From: Saprolegnia diclina VS20
Lineage: Eukaryota
NCBI RefSeq assembly: GCF_000281045.1
Contig: NW_008246078.1
Coordinates: 173,328 to 237,327, forward strand
Direction: 5' to 3'
DNA length: 64,000 nt
Below are positions 46,927-60,647 of the stretch, one piece after another (position 1 is the first letter of the stretch; each line of letters begins with the position of its first letter). A program made the translations under genes and the position numbers. Below the pieces are notes generated by a model. The model was not told the DNA's origin. It ran no database searches and was given only the letters and a program-made list of their open reading frames with translations.

Positions 46927-49900
46927 ATGCAAGCGAGCATGCTGGCGTCGTCGCCCGCCGGCTACGGCAGCCTCCGCACGGAAGACCATAGTACGGACGT
47001 CATGATGAACCTCGAGACGCTCTCCGACACGCCGGACGCGGTCGACGAAGACGAAGAGGACGACGACGAGGAAGACCCGGACGAGTTCAATGACGTGCCG
47101 ATGGTCGACCTCGTCTTTGACGGCAAGATCATGGTGGTCAAATACCGGCTCGAGAACCGACTGTACACCGAGACGGACCTCCTCTCAACGCACGTACGTA
47201 GCTTGCCGCGTGCCCACGTCGCTCACCCTCTTCCTAGTACGACCTCTCGGTGCTGGCGGCGGCGGCCTGCCTCGGCTACAACGAGCTCGTCGAGCTCGTG
47301 CTCCAGCACACCAACTACCGCCTTCTGGACCAGGTACAGTCGCTTCCGCCATGTTGGCCGCATGACGCTGGCATAGTATGCTTCCGACCCGATCATCCAA
47401 GCCATGGAGAACAACCACACGCGCGTGGTGCAGACGCTGCTGTCCACAATCGGCCACGAGATGGACCTCTCGAGCATCCTCAACTACGTACTGCGCCTCC
47501 ATCTTCGCTCCTCTTCATGCTTGTCGTCTGTAGGAGTGCAAGCCCCTCGCGCACGTGGCCGCGGAGAAGGGCTTCAACGAGATCCTCGAGATGCTCGTGG
47601 CCGCCGGGGCGCCCATCGACGCTGTCGACGCAGCGGTCGATGAGGTTTGCGTCATCGCAATGGCCTTCTCCAATGCTTCTTGTCTCTAGTCGCGGAGCGA
47701 GACCGCGCTGCACTATGCGGCGCGCGCCGGCAACGTCCGTGGCGTCGAGATCCTCCTGGACGCGCATGCGAGCATCAATGCTGTTTCGGCGGTAGGTGTT
47801 ATGCATACGCGCCTTGGCGTCTCATCGTACTGGGGCATGCGCAGGACGGCAAGACGGCGGTGGCGGTGGCAGCGACCGAGTGCGACGACGACGACAGCGC
47901 CAAGGCGGTGCTCGACCTTCTCTTCATGGGCGAAGCGACCATCGACTTGAGCGAGAACGACGTACGACTTGGCACAGTACCGTGCGCTCACAGAACCATT
48001 AGGACGGTGCCGGGCGACGGGTGCTGCTGGAAGCCGAAGCGCACCTCCGCGCCACGTGCCCCGTCCACTGCATGGTGCGCAACGGCGACGAGGCCAAGCT
48101 GCTGCGCTGGCTGCGCGACGCGAACGCGGCGGTGATGCTGGCGCCGCACCGCTGGGAAGGCCAGTACCGCCAAGGAGCAGAGTGGCACCCGCTCGGGCTC
48201 ACGGTCAACGTCGTCGCGCTGCCCCACGAAGGGTGCTATCGCTTCTTTGGGAGCGACGCCGACGACGTCGGGCCGTTCACCGTCATTGGCGAGTGGTCGG
48301 GCGACGCGATCGAAGCGACCAAGGCGTACGAGCTGCAATCGGTCGAGTACAGGGGCGATATTGACGTGACCTCGGGCGTCTGGCGCGGCGACTGGATGGC
48401 CGGCAACAGCCAAGACCAGTTCAGCTTGACGCTCTCGCTGCAGCGCTGCCCCGCTTGTAAGGAGAACTGGGTCCCAAACCGCGACGAGCCGTGCTTGAGC
48501 TGCCTCCCCGACGGCTACAACGCCGACGTCTCGTTCGACACGATCGAAGAGCAGCGCCTCCGCCTTGAAGAGGTCCAAGAGCGCATTGCGGCCGAGATTC
48601 TCCACAAGGACACGGTTCGATCCTCGTCATCGCACCTTTTTTTCATCATTTCAAAAACAACTAGTGGGGACGCACGGCTGTCATGTGCGCAGCGGCCCAA
48701 GGCCGGGCGTCGCTTCTTCGCGTGCTCTTGCGCTTCTGCCGCGCCCAGGCGCTCGAGTACACCGACAACGTACGCGTGCGACAGTTCCTCTCGTCGCTGA
48801 TCACTCGCTCGGTAGGACGGCAAGACGGCGCTGGACCATGCGCTGAGCCGCAAGCTCGTGTGCAAGCACAACGTCGAGCACAAGAGCAACCAAGCGACGC
48901 TCGAGTGCATCGAACTGCTCGTCGCGTCGAGCAAGACTCCGGTGGATCCGTCCCGCATCGTAGGTCCCTTGGCCTGTCCTAGCATCCTGTCATCGTCTCG
49001 ACGCCGTAGTCGGCCGCGCTGACATACAAGCGCGAGCAAGGACGGGCGTGCGCGGGCGACTGCATTGCGACACGCCATGAGGTGAGCCTCTCGGAGCTCG
49101 CCCAGCAGTACGAGTGGGACCGCCTTGCCATGCACCTCATGACGCCCGTGACGTCCACGATCCTCAACAAGCGCGACACGGAGGGCAAGGCCGTCTTGCA
49201 CTACATTGCGAGTGCGGGCAAGTCGGACATCCTCGTCATGCTCTTGGAACAGCCGCATCTCGACGTCAAGCTCCCGACCTTGGTAGCCACACGAGCTCGT
49301 CGCATTGGTCTCATATAGAGAGGACGCTAGGATGGCGAGTATGCGCTGCTGCTGGCGGCCCGCGCCAACCGTGTCAAGTGCGTGCGCATGCTGCTGCACG
49401 CGGGCGCCGACCCGCTCGAGCTCATCACGACCGAGCACGTTGATTACGCCAACTTTTGCAAGGCGCCGTTGGGGCTCCTGAACGACTCGAGCGCGCTCTA
49501 CCTGCTGCAGGCCAAGCACGAACTCAAGCAGCAGTATCCCTTGTACTACCTCGCGCGCGTCAAGGACGTGGCCCAAGCGAGCGTGCACTACGCCGCGCAG
49601 CAGTCGGCGGTCCACGTTGCTGTCAAGGCGGAGCTCCCGACCTCGATCCTCGCCGAGATCATCGACCAGAGCATCCACGACGTCAACGCCCAAGACAAGG
49701 TCCGTTCATCTTCTGTTCGGCCATGTAGCGAGAGGAATGACTAGCATGACGAGACGCCGCTTATGGTCGCCACGCGCTTGGGCCTCCCAGGCCACGTGCA
49801 AGTCCTGTTGGCCAACCACGCCGACGTCGACGCTGTCAACAATGTACAGGATTGTCATACGATACGGACCTCATATATGGCTCTGTAGCGCCGCCAAAGC

Positions 49901-52279
49901 GCGCTCATGATGGCGGCGAAGGGCGGGCACATTGCCATCGTGGCGATGCTGCTGGAGAACCTTGCGGACGTCGCACTCCGCGACAGCAAGGACGAGACAG
50001 TCCTCGAGAAGCTCGAGACGTACATCGCGACGCACCTCAAGGCGATGCCGTTGGAAGCGCTCATGAAGCACCCGCATGTCAAGATCCGCGACGCGATCAA
50101 GTCGGAGATCCGCGAGCGCCAGACGTCGGCCGAGTACCGCGCCAAGCTCGCCAAGTCGCTCTCGGACGTCAACGTCGAGACGGCGTTCCGGCTCAACGGT
50201 TTTGCCAAGGCCATCAACTGCTCGCCCGAGCTCGGTGTCACGTTTCTCAACGACTGCGTCAGCATGAACCGCCACGACGTCCTCTTCTCGCACCTCGACT
50301 ACGTCTACGGCAAGCACGTCACGGGCAGTGCGCTCCACGCGCTGCTCAACATGGAGACGGACGACCCAGATCTTATTTTCGAAGCCAAGTCCAAGTGCTT
50401 TGAACACGTGACGATGCAGCGTGTCCTCGAGATCAAGTGGGAGCTGTTTGGCCAGCGCACGTTCCTTGAGATGCTCTTCATGTACCTCGTCCTTCTTGTG
50501 AGCATGACCATCTCAGCGGTGCTCTTCCGCGACGAAGACGCGATGGCGTCGCTGCACGCAACCAGCTTTGAGGTCCTGCTTGGCGTTCTCGCCGTCTCGC
50601 TCGCGAGTGTCGGGTACGTGGCAGCGCAGGCGCTGCGCCCACGCACGTTCTGGCGCCTCGCGCGCTTTCACTACGACGGCAGCCTCGACTTTGATCCGGA
50701 GCTTGACATCCCGGACCTCGAGCGTCACAAGGCGACGGCCAAGCGCCACCTCAAGCTCGGTGTCGCGATTGGGACGCTGCTTCTCGCTGGGCTTCTCGTC
50801 GGGCTTTTGGCGGCGACGTCGACCGTCTCGTCCTTCCCGGTCTTCAACAACGTCGTGTTGGCGGGCACGGCCATCTACTTTGTCGTAAACGAGTACCAGG
50901 AGGCCCGGAACGGCCTCGCCGTCTACCTCGCGTCGACCATCAACGTCATCCAAGTGAGCATGTACATGCTGATTCTGGTCGTCTTCTTGCCCATGCAGCT
51001 CAACTGGCTCGACACGCCGGCGCAGATTGAGATTGCAGTCGGGAGTGGCATCACACTCACGCTCTGGATTCTGAGTCTCCAGTTCCTCGAGGTCGAGGCG
51101 AGCGCGAGCTACCTCCTGCCGATGCTCACGGGGCTGCTAAAGGACCTCTGGAACTTCTTCCTCTTCTTTGGCGTCTTCCAGATCGGCATCACAGTCACCT
51201 TCTTCCAGCTCTACAAGGCGACCGAGGACGACGGCTTCAACTCGCTCAGCGGGTCGTTCTTGACGTCGTACTTTGTCGCGTTTGGCCAAGTGCCGATGGA
51301 CTCGATGAAGTCGTTTACGAACGACGAGACCAAGGCGATCGACGGCTACGACTGGATCTTGTACATCTTTGCGGTCGTCATGATCATGGCGCACTCGGCC
51401 CTCGTCGTCTTCTTCCTCCTCAACTTGCTCGTCGCCAACATGAACAAGACGGTGGACGGCGGTCTCGAGAAGGCCAAGACCGAGGCGCTTGCAGCGTACG
51501 CGCAGTGCATTCTGCGGCTCGAAGAGGCCATGCACTACTCGAACGAAGAGACGCAAGAGCTCATCTACTTCATCCCGCCGACGCCGACCAGTGACGGGAA
51601 GCTCAACCCGATCTTCCACTTTGCGATGCCAAAGTCCCACTACGGTATCACGGCCGAGGCCGAAGACGCGATCGCTTCGCACAAAGCGCAGCAGACGTCC
51701 TGGGTGGACACGGCCAACGACGTCGCGACGCAGATCCAGGACGCGTTCACTGCATTTGAAAATGGGCTTCTCGACGTCGACCACTTCGCTGACGCCAACG
51801 CGGCAGCTGTCTTTGCCGCCGACTTGAGCGAAATCGCACGTACACGCACGCTGCTCGAGAACGTGCAGACGGCGATGCGCAAGAGCCGCGGCCAGCAAAA
51901 CCGCAAGGAGCTCCTGAGTCGCTTCCAGAAGATCGCGACCAAGGACATGGCCGACCTCGCCAAGAAGCTCCGCCAGCTCTGGTTGCGCTCGGAAGGCGAC
52001 CACGCGCGCTGCGTCCTTGTCTACGAGCTGGCGCACCACGCGACCATGACGGACGAGCTCCACGCGCTTCAAGCACGGGTTGTGAATGCATTTGAAGCCG
52101 CCAAGACGACAGTGGACGCCGACGTCGCGAACAAAGAGGCGACCACCGACCGCCTCGCTGCGCTCGAGACGCAGCTCGCCGAGATGCAAGCGCGGATCGC
52201 ACTGTCCAACGAACAAGCGATGGCGACGATGACGGCGCAGTTCCAGACGCTGCTGACGGCCATGACAGCCAACCAGTAG
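46927..52279 (+). CDS. Ankyrin-repeat TRP-like cation channel, multi-exon (a single-gene model is inferred)
   Basis: Many ankyrin exons (TALHYAARAGN, ETPLMVATRLG, SALMMAAKGGH). The large last exon has LEIKWELFG, TM helices, pore-like FLTSYFVAFGQ, S6 FFLLNLLVANMN, TRP-box-like AYAQCILRLEE and a coiled coil. Confidence 0.8.
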
Positions 52280-52384
52280 CTCAGTTGGACGACATTGGAT
52301 GCAACAGACAATAGTGTACTTTGTGGTTTAAGTGTGCAAAACTGCATCTAAATACGGCGACGGATACAGAAGAAATGGTCGCGA

Positions 52385-53098
52385 CTAGGGCAACGATGGC
52401 GCGTCACAGGCCGAGAGGAAGCCGTCCCAGAGCAGCTTGTCGTCCAGGAACGCTGCGAGGTCGTCGGTCGTCTCGGGCAAGTCCCAGCTGCAGTCGTCGA
52501 GCGTAAAGACGTCGCAGAGCGTCGTCGACGACGCGGGGAGGAATTGCATGCATTCGATCGCAATGAGCTTGGCCTCGTTCGCCGCCGAGTGCTGCTGCTG
52601 CTGATGGTACATGTCTCGCGCGAGATGGTGGTCGTCAAAGGTGAAGACATCGGGCGTGTACTCCATCTTGACGGTCGTTGTCGCCGTTGGGGTGCTACTG
52701 GCGGACGAGGCGCTGTGGGACGGCGATGCTGCGTTCTGCGGTGACGCCCGCGGCGACTTGCGCACGACGTGGATAAGGAGCTCGGGCTGCGTGCGGAGGA
52801 AGCTCGGGTGGCTGAACGTGCACACGTTGGACTGCGTCTTGGTCCACTTGCGGAAGCCAAAGTTGTTGAGCTGGCGTTGAAAGCTCGAGGCCTTCTCGTG
52901 GTTGAAGTACTTGCGTAGGATCTCAGTCTCGAGGCGGCGCTCCGAGAGGATCTGGATCGCGCTGCCGTCGTGCGACCAAGTGATGACACTCGGGTCTTCG
53001 GTCTCGAGCATGCGGTAGAGGCTGCGGAGGAACTTGGGGATGCCCGTGATGCGCTTCCGCTTCAGGTCGTCCGTCTGCATACTCATGCTCATGTTCAT
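52385..53098 (-). CDS. HSF-type DNA-binding transcription factor
   Basis: PKFLRSLYRMLETEDPSVITWSHDG...LRKYFNHEKASSFQRQLNNFGFRK...FSHPSFLRTQPELL. Confidence 0.92.
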   Translation of the reverse strand: MNMSMSMQTDDLKRKRITGIPKFLRSLYRMLETEDPSVITWSHDGSAIQILSERRLETEILRKYFNHEKASSFQRQLNNFGFRKWTKTQSNVCTFSHPSFLRTQPELLIHVVRKSPRASPQNAASPSHSASSASSTPTATTTVKMEYTPDVFTFDDHHLARDMYHQQQQHSAANEAKLIAIECMQFLPASSTTLCDVFTLDDCSWDLPETTDDLAAFLDDKLLWDGFLSACDAPSLP

Positions 53099-53774
53099 GT
53101 GCGTCTTGTCCGGCGACTTGAAAAATAATGATATCTCGGCGCTTCCGCCGGCTTCTCCCTCCCCTTCCGCGCACCTTCTTTGACCTGCGGGCTGTATCAT
53201 CCGCAACCGGCCTGTGGGCGTGCCACGTATGCATGGTGTGCGTTGATTGGCTGCTTTTCGATCTTCAATGGGCGCGATCGGAAACCCCTCGATTTTCGAG
53301 TGATTTTCAGCCGTGCACTTCTAAAATCAAGCCAATCACAGCGTCGTGCGGGACGACCAGCGACGCCACCTGCGGTAAAGGCAAGGTCCGAGCCAAAACA
53401 AGGGCTTGGCTCCATCTTGGCGCCACGGAGGCCGCCATGATGGCTGGTCCCTTGGGATTTTTAGAGAGATGTGCTATGTAGTAGCATGCGGTGAAGCGAC
53501 CGCTCGTGCAAAGGACGAGCTGTGGGTGATGGTCGATGAACAATGCCTTAGCGAAGCTTCTCGAACGGTTCTCGAAGATTACCGCAGCTGTGGGAATACC
53601 AACGATGCTGATGCTGGCAGAGAACCGAGTGCAGCGGTTCTACCGCAGACAAGACGATGCGCATCTCGGTTTCAATGCACCTGAATGTTAGTGAGGCGAT
53701 GTCGAATCCGAGCGACCTGCTTTTGTCTCGCGTCGGCTTCGGTACTAGACGCGATTCTTATTATATAACACCAT

Positions 53775-55454
53775 TTACAACTTCATGTTGGCCAAGTAGG
53801 TACTCCACCCATTCGTCTCCATCGTCGCGATCTTGTCGTTGACTTCGGCCTCCTGCTTGTCGAGGAATGCCTGCATCTTGGTGAGGTTCTCTTCGCCGCC
53901 GACGATGCGCACGGCGAGGAGGCCGGCGTTCATCGCATTGCCGATCGCCACTGTGGCGACGGGGATGCCCCGGGGCATCTGCACGATCGAGAGGAGCGAG
54001 TCCATGCCGCTGAGCGCCTTGGTCTGGATCGGGACGCCGATGACCGGCAGCGGCGTGAGCGCTGCCACCATGCCAGGCAGGTGGGCCGCGCCGCCCGCTC
54101 CGGCAATGAGCACCTGGAGGCCTCGGGCGCGCGCCGACTGCGCGTACGAGTACATGCGCTCGGGGGTGCGGTGCGCCGAGACGATGCTGAGCTCGTACGG
54201 AATGTCAAAGTCCTCGAGCACCTTGGCGGCGGCGGCCATCGACGGCAGGTCCGAGTCTGAGCCCATGATGATGCCTACGAGCGGCGCCTTGATATCGTGG
54301 GGGGCGGCGCTCGGGCTCAGCTTCTTTGCGCGCTCCAGGAGCGCCGAGAGGGTCGGCGCGACGACCGTGATGTGGCCGACCTTGCGTCCGGGCGAGATAC
54401 CCGCCTTGCCGTACCAGTGGACGCTGGCACCGGGCACCGTCGCGGCGTGCGCAACGAGGTCCGTCGTCGCCTTCGGGTCGGCCGTGCCAAGGACGTTGAG
54501 CATCCAGGACGCGCCGACCTGCAGCGCGCAGCTGCCGAGCGGGATGCCAGCGACGGCGCGGACGTGGTTTTCAAACTGGTCCGTCTCGCACGCTTCGATC
54601 GTGTAGTGGCCCGAGTTGTGCGGGCGCGGCGCGATCTCGTTCAGCAGCAGCGTGTTCTCGGACGTCAAGAACATCTCGACGCCAAAGATCCCGTTGCCCG
54701 AGAGCGCGGCGACGACCTTGGTCGCCATGGCCGTCGCGGCCGCGTGGAGGCTGGCGTCCGGAAGCACGGCAGGGGCGAGGACCGTGTGGCAAATGTTGTT
54801 GGCCTGCGTCGTCTCGACGACCGGGTACGCGCGCACGTCGCCGCCTTGGCGCACAACCATGACCGCAAGCTCCTTCGTGAAGGGCACCCACTTCTCTGCG
54901 TAGAGCTTGCCAGCGCCCATGGTCGGAGCGAGCGCCGCGATCGCAGACGGAATGGCGGCCTCAGACGCGACGACCGCGTTGCCCTTGCCGTCGTACGACC
55001 AGTGGCGCGACTTGAGCATGAACGGGTACCCGTAGCGCGCGCCGGCCCCAACCGCATCGGCGGCCGAGTCGACGACCGTGAAGGGACCGAGCGGCACGTC
55101 GACGTCCCGACAAAACACCTTTTGCGCGTACTTGTCCTGGATGAGCGCGATCGTGTCGGGGCTCGGGTGGATCTGCAGCTTCGGGTGCGAGGCCTGCAGC
55201 GCGCGCAGCGTCTGCGCATTGACGTGCTCGATCTCGACCGTGAGCACGTCGACCTTGGCGGCGAGGGCCTCGATGGCGGCGGCGTCCGTGAACGCGCCCG
55301 CGACCGTTGACGTGACTTGGCCGGCCGGCGACGCGTCGCCCGCAGGGTCCAAGCACACGAGCTTGACGCCGAGGCGGTGCGCAGCGTAGCCCATCATGCG
55401 GCCGAGCTGGCCACCGCCCAGGCAGCCCACGGTCGGCGTGTTCGGAAGGCTCAT
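53775..55454 (-). CDS. ADE2: Phosphoribosylaminoimidazole carboxylase (PurK-PurE fusion)
   Basis: [29 protein letters not shown] (PurK); [43 protein letters not shown] (PurE). Confidence 0.97.
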   Translation of the reverse strand: MSLPNTPTVGCLGGGQLGRMMGYAAHRLGVKLVCLDPAGDASPAGQVTSTVAGAFTDAAAIEALAAKVDVLTVEIEHVNAQTLRALQASHPKLQIHPSPDTIALIQDKYAQKVFCRDVDVPLGPFTVVDSAADAVGAGARYGYPFMLKSRHWSYDGKGNAVVASEAAIPSAIAALAPTMGAGKLYAEKWVPFTKELAVMVVRQGGDVRAYPVVETTQANNICHTVLAPAVLPDASLHAAATAMATKVVAALSGNGIFGVEMFLTSENTLLLNEIAPRPHNSGHYTIEACETDQFENHVRAVAGIPLGSCALQVGASWMLNVLGTADPKATTDLVAHAATVPGASVHWYGKAGISPGRKVGHITVVAPTLSALLERAKKLSPSAAPHDIKAPLVGIIMGSDSDLPSMAAAAKVLEDFDIPYELSIVSAHRTPERMYSYAQSARARGLQVLIAGAGGAAHLPGMVAALTPLPVIGVPIQTKALSGMDSLLSIVQMPRGIPVATVAIGNAMNAGLLAVRIVGGEENLTKMQAFLDKQEAEVNDKIATMETNGWSTYLANMKL

Positions 55455-55931
55455 GAGGACGAGGAATGAAATCGGAAAATGGAGCCGATGTGGCCAGGAT
55501 GATCATGCAACACAATTGGCCGCCGGCGATGTGATGCGCAAAATAAAATACCGTTTTGCGTTGGCATTTAAATACTTGGTTTTTATTCGCCATACAAAGA
55601 AGCTGTGTAGACGCCAAATAGATAATAAATGACGTGCGAAAAAACACAAAAAATCCGGAAAGATCGGCCCAACCAGGATTATGCATCAATTCTGTATCCA
55701 ACAGGTTTCAAACACTGTTTTGTTTGAGCCAATCAAAAGCCACCATTGCGTGTTTTAAACCATACCGTTGACGGGTGTTTGTACCCGACACGTTCCGAGT
55801 CGGCACCAACCATGCGAACTCGCGTCGATTGGCCAAAACAAATGCCGAAAATCAACCAATCCGCGCGATTTACAGGATCTTTTTTAACCAATGGACGGGG
55901 ACCCTGGATTCCATTTTCACTCCACGCAACC

Positions 55932-56795
55932 ATGCTGGAGCTCCAAGCTGCGCTCGACGACTTCTCTGGCCGGGACGACGAGGCCTACCACAGCGCGATG
56001 GAGCGGCTGCGCGCCCAGTACGTGGTCGTGACGCCGGGCCAGGTCATCACGAGCGAGCCCGGCTTCCTGCGCGGCCATGGCACGTACGTCGAGAACGGCG
56101 AGCTCCTCGCGTCCGTGGCCGGCGTCGTCGAGAAGGTCAACCAGCTCGTGAGCGTGCGCCCGCTCGTGAGCCGCTACATTGGCGAAGTCGGCGACATTGT
56201 AGTTGGGCGGATCTCGGAGGTCGCCAGCAAGCGCTGGAAGGTCGACATCAACGGCCAGCAAGACGCGGTCCTCATGCTCTCGTCGGTCAACTTGCCGGGC
56301 GGCGCGCAGCGGCGGCGCACGTACGAAGACCAGTTGCAGATGCGGTCGTTCTTTGAAGAGTCGGAGCTCATTAGCGCCGAAGTCCAGGAGGTCCGGTACG
56401 ATGGCACGATGTGGCTGCATACGCGCTCGCTTCGGTACGGCAAGCTCGAGAACGGCCAGCTCATCGCCGTGCAGCCTGCGCTCGTGAAGCGGCTCAAGCA
56501 GCACATGCTTCAGCTGCCGATTGGCATTGACGTCATCCTTGGCTGCAACGGCTACATCTGGATCGCGCGGCGTATTGAGCACGACGCCGAGTCCCTCACG
56601 ACCAACGAGTCGCGCGCCGACGTGTGGACCGAGCGCAAGGCGACGCACGCGGCGACGCCCACGGACGCGGCCGACCGCAAGAAGATCGCGGCCGTCTACA
56701 ACGTCCTCGCGACGCTCAACGCGCAGTTCAAGACCATTACGCCCGAGAGCATCATGGAGCTCTACGAGCAGCAGGCCGCCGACGAGCACGCTTAA
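55932..56795 (+). CDS. RRP4: Exosome complex component RRP4
   Basis: VVTPGQVIT...FLRGHGTY, RYIGEVGDIVVGRI, LSSVNLPGG, LHTRSLRYGKL, ILGCNGYIWI. Confidence 0.95.
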   Translation: MLELQAALDDFSGRDDEAYHSAMERLRAQYVVVTPGQVITSEPGFLRGHGTYVENGELLASVAGVVEKVNQLVSVRPLVSRYIGEVGDIVVGRISEVASKRWKVDINGQQDAVLMLSSVNLPGGAQRRRTYEDQLQMRSFFEESELISAEVQEVRYDGTMWLHTRSLRYGKLENGQLIAVQPALVKRLKQHMLQLPIGIDVILGCNGYIWIARRIEHDAESLTTNESRADVWTERKATHAATPTDAADRKKIAAVYNVLATLNAQFKTITPESIMELYEQQAADEHA

Positions 56796-57759
56796 ACCAT
56801 AAACATCATCACATCATCTTCATCTTCCTTTGCTCAATGTACTCGCCTCCTGCGCCTCCAACCACGGCGGTCAGCGACGGCTAGTACCTAATCCTGCTGC
56901 GGCTCTGGTGTGCCAAGGAGGCGTGGGACCAGTAGCTTTGCTAGCCCGTTGCAGTGGCGTGGCGCAGAGCTGCGCGCGGACCAGGTCGGCTCGCCTGCGT
57001 CGTAGGCTGCCGACGCTGGCTGGCCGACGAGCCGTCTCTGCAAAAGGAACCTCGTGCCAAGAAGGTCGAATGGGTGCTTGGTCGGACCAGCTGGCGTCGT
57101 GCACCCCAGAATGTTGGTCGTTGCACCAGCCCAATCGAGCCAGGCACGACGCTAGCGGCCCGCTTGCATCATCCGTCCACGCAGGCAAGCTCTCAGCAGA
57201 GAACGGCGTGTCGTGGGTGTACACCGCATAGCGCAAGATGCTACACAACACCATGATCCAGCCCATGCCCGAGGTACGCCACCAAGGACAGGATGACGTA
57301 TACGCGATGTGGCCGGAGCGCGATCGGGCCATCCTTGCCACTCGTGCCAACGCCGACAAGGTACGGACGTGCGAGGCGCGTGCGCGGCTGTGCTAACAGC
57401 GAGGATGTAGACGATGGCCCTCGGCGCAGCCTACCTCCCGGCCCACCTCGTTGTATGCGCACCGATGCATGCTATGGTGGTATCGTGGCTGACGTGGCAA
57501 GTAGGCATGCGAGACAGAGAACGCCATCGACGCGGTGGCTACCGACAGAGACACGATCGATGCGACCGACAGCGTCTGCCCTTTCTCTGGATGCCGATGG
57601 CTTCTGACGATGGCGTCTCGTAGGCGGGACACACCGCACTCATGCTTGCAGCGTCGACCCAGGAAGCGGAGCGACTCTTGCAGCTCGGTGCGGCCATCGA
57701 CGTCCAAGATCATGTACTCTACCTCTCTCGACCCAGCTTGCTCAGCGTACGATGACTAG

Positions 57760-59548
57760 TTGGGACAGACGGCGCTGATGCTGGCCGCGACCGCCAACGA
57801 CGTGGAGCGCACGCAGCTGCTGCTCTCGCACCACGCGAACGTCCATCTGCGAGACGCAGTACGAGCGCCTCGCCTTCTCGCATCAAACAGGAGTCAACGT
57901 TGTGTAGGAAGGGTCGACTGTGCTGCTGCGGTGCGCCGAGGCCAGCGCCGAGATCGTCGCGCTGCTCTTGGCCCACGGTGCGGACCCGGACGCAATCGAC
58001 CGCGTACAGGCCGCCACGTCACTTCTCTCACAACTCAGTCTACGTGTCTAGGACGGCGACAACACTCTGATGCGCGCCGTGACGAGCCAGAACGTACCCG
58101 TCATCAAATCGCTGCTGCCGGTGACCAACGTCACTCACGCCAACCCCAAGGTCAGTAACTCCAAGCCAACTTCGCTCGCTCACTCCAAGATCGTAGAATG
58201 GCAACACCCTGTTGCACGTGGCAGCGTGGACAGGCCACAGCCGTCGGTCGCGCCTCCTGGGGTCGATCGCTGCCGTCTGCAACGTCAACGCCTGCAATCA
58301 TGTACACTATCGTCCTCTTCTCGTATGTCGCTCGGACGCGGCGACTAGGCCGGTGAGACGCCGCTCCTCTACGCGCTCAGAACAGCCAAGGACGAGCAAG
58401 ACCTCTTTGAGACCATCAACACGCTACTCGGCGCCGGCGCGTCCGTGCACACGCCGTGTCATGCTGTACATATATATATTATGGATGGACAAGTTGTCTC
58501 ATCGGTGGTGGACAATGCTTTAGGGTGCGTCACCGTTTCTTATTGCGTGCCAGCGCGGGTTTGCAGCCGTGCTCTACGTCCTCGCCCAAGCGCGCGCCAA
58601 CGTCAACCACAAAGATCACGTACTCCACCTCGCCTCTCGATACTTTGATACTTAAATCGATCGATGCGGCAGACGGGACGCACGGGGCTGCACCATGCGG
58701 TGGTGCGCGGCCATACGCAGAGCATTGACGTACTCGTGATCCTCTTCGACGTCGACGTCAACTGCGCGACGCCGGTACGTGCCGCTGTCATCCTGCCATC
58801 GCCGCCTCCGACAATATGTCGCGTAGACTGGCGACACGCCGCTTTTGCTCGCGAGCGCTGGCGGCAACAAGCACATGGTGCGCACGTTCCTGACCAAGCG
58901 GCGCATGGACCTCGCGCATGCCAACCTCGTACATCACTTTGTGGGGCAAGAGCATCTGATGGAAGCGAGCGTAGAACGGCGAGTCGGCGTTGCACGTCGC
59001 CTGCGCCGGGGGCCACGCAGCCGTCGTGCACGAGCTGCTCGCGTACGCCAGCCATTCGCTGCATGGGCGCGACAAGGTACGACATACGAGCGTGAGAGTG
59101 GCGTGAGAATAAGAACTGGGATGGTTGTAGCGCGGTCGCACGCCTTTTCTGACGGCGTGCGCGCGCGGGCACGTCTCGGTGCTCAAGACGCTCCTGCACA
59201 CGGGGGCGATTGATGTACATCACTGCGATCACGTACGCAGTCTGGTGACGATGCTGGGTCTAAATCTGGTGTGAAAAATGTAGTCGGGCCAGTCGGGGCT
59301 GCTGCTGGCGAGTGCGAACGGCCACTTTGACGTTGTCCAGTGGTTTCTCGAGATACCGACCGTGCTCGCGACCGTCTGCAATCACGTAAGTATTTGCTGC
59401 GACATGAAGAATGTGGACAATTTGTCGTTAGATGGGTTACGAAGCGTTTCACGCGGCTGTGGTTGCCGGCCATGGCCCCGTCGCCGCGCTCCTCTTCCAG
59501 CTGCCGCTCGTCGCGATTGAAGCGGCTGCACGCGCGCTCGACGGCTAA
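57760..59548 (+). CDS. Ankyrin-repeat protein, many ~1-repeat exons (5' end uncertain)
   Basis: Exons GQTALMLAATAND, GDNTLMRAV, GNTLLHVAAWTGH, GRTGLHHAVVRGH, GDTPLLLASAGGN, GESALHVACAGGH. Confidence 0.7.
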
Positions 59549-59927
59549 GTGTAGTGTCAACTATTCTGTAATTTTCTGCATTTTGTGGCAAAGTGCCAGT
59601 TGATTGGGATTGTTAAATTTACTGGCGCGCCGCATAGAAAAAGAGAGGGAGAAAGTCATGGATCCTATTTATTTTGTCGCTTTTTTTTTCTTTTTTTTCG
59701 CTCTTTATATCAAGTTGATACCATTCATCGTAGGCATTTTGGCCCGACGTTCCACCGCGGGTCATGCGGACCTTGGTGCTTCGGGCGCCTCCTTGGGTGG
59801 CCAGCAGAGCTATCCAACTGCAGCAAGACTTTGGCCATTGAGTTTCCACAGAACGCTTCAATTGTGAGAGGTTTTGGGAGACCAGCTGCCATGATTACAA
59901 TCTGGAACGGTGACCAAGAAGCCCAAG

Positions 59928-60647
59928 ATGGGACTCACGACGTCACGGGCGGCGCCGGCCATCGACGCCGTCTTGCGCAACCAGGAGCTCTTGGCCGTCA
60001 TCGCCTTGTATCAGCGCGGCCTGCCCGAGAGCCTCGCACCGCTCGTGCCCGGGCTGCGGCGCATGGCCCAACGCCCAAAGCAACGGATCACGACCACCGA
60101 CCCTGACCTCGACGCACGCTTCCGCACGTGGCAATCAGCTCACAGCGTCGAGGAGCTCGCGCCTCTGATGCGCAACAGCACGCTACAGACCGGGCTGCGG
60201 CGCTTCGCCCTTCTTCACGGCCATCTCGAAGTCGTCGCCTTTGTCGCTGCGGCCACGCGCGTCGTCGACTGGGACTGGCACATGGCAGCGTCGAATGGCC
60301 ACACGTCGGTGCTCGACTGGCTCGAAGCGAGTGGCGAGCCGCATCCGCGTGGCCTCATGGAGTGCGGCGTCAGCAACAACCAGCTGGCCGTTGTCATCTG
60401 GGCGCACACGCGGCAGCTCGATGTCGCGCTCAATCTGCGCACCGTGGCGGCCGAGCAAGGGTATCTCGAGATTCTGAGGTACTTGGACGCGCATTCGCTG
60501 AGCAGCTGGGACCCGATAGCCGTCTCGATCGCCGCCGAGCGCGGTCATCTCGACGTACTTGGCTTCCTGCACGCCAAGCAGTATGCCGGGACGCGACCCG
60601 TCACCGCAGACAGGCGTTCCGAGTGGGGTTCCGAGTGGGGAAATTGA
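59928..60647 (+). CDS. Degenerate ankyrin-repeat protein of an expanded oomycete-type family, possibly truncated
   Basis: AVLRNQELLAVIALYQRGL N-terminus; repeats AASNGHTSVLDWL, AAEQGYLEILRYL, AAERGHLDVLGFLH. Confidence 0.7.
   Translation: MGLTTSRAAPAIDAVLRNQELLAVIALYQRGLPESLAPLVPGLRRMAQRPKQRITTTDPDLDARFRTWQSAHSVEELAPLMRNSTLQTGLRRFALLHGHLEVVAFVAAATRVVDWDWHMAASNGHTSVLDWLEASGEPHPRGLMECGVSNNQLAVVIWAHTRQLDVALNLRTVAAEQGYLEILRYLDAHSLSSWDPIAVSIAAERGHLDVLGFLHAKQYAGTRPVTADRRSEWGSEWGN

Noticed and set aside
51137..56789. Long antisense ORFs opposite the channel, ADE2 and RRP4 genes
   Set aside because: Expected by-product of high GC3 codon bias.
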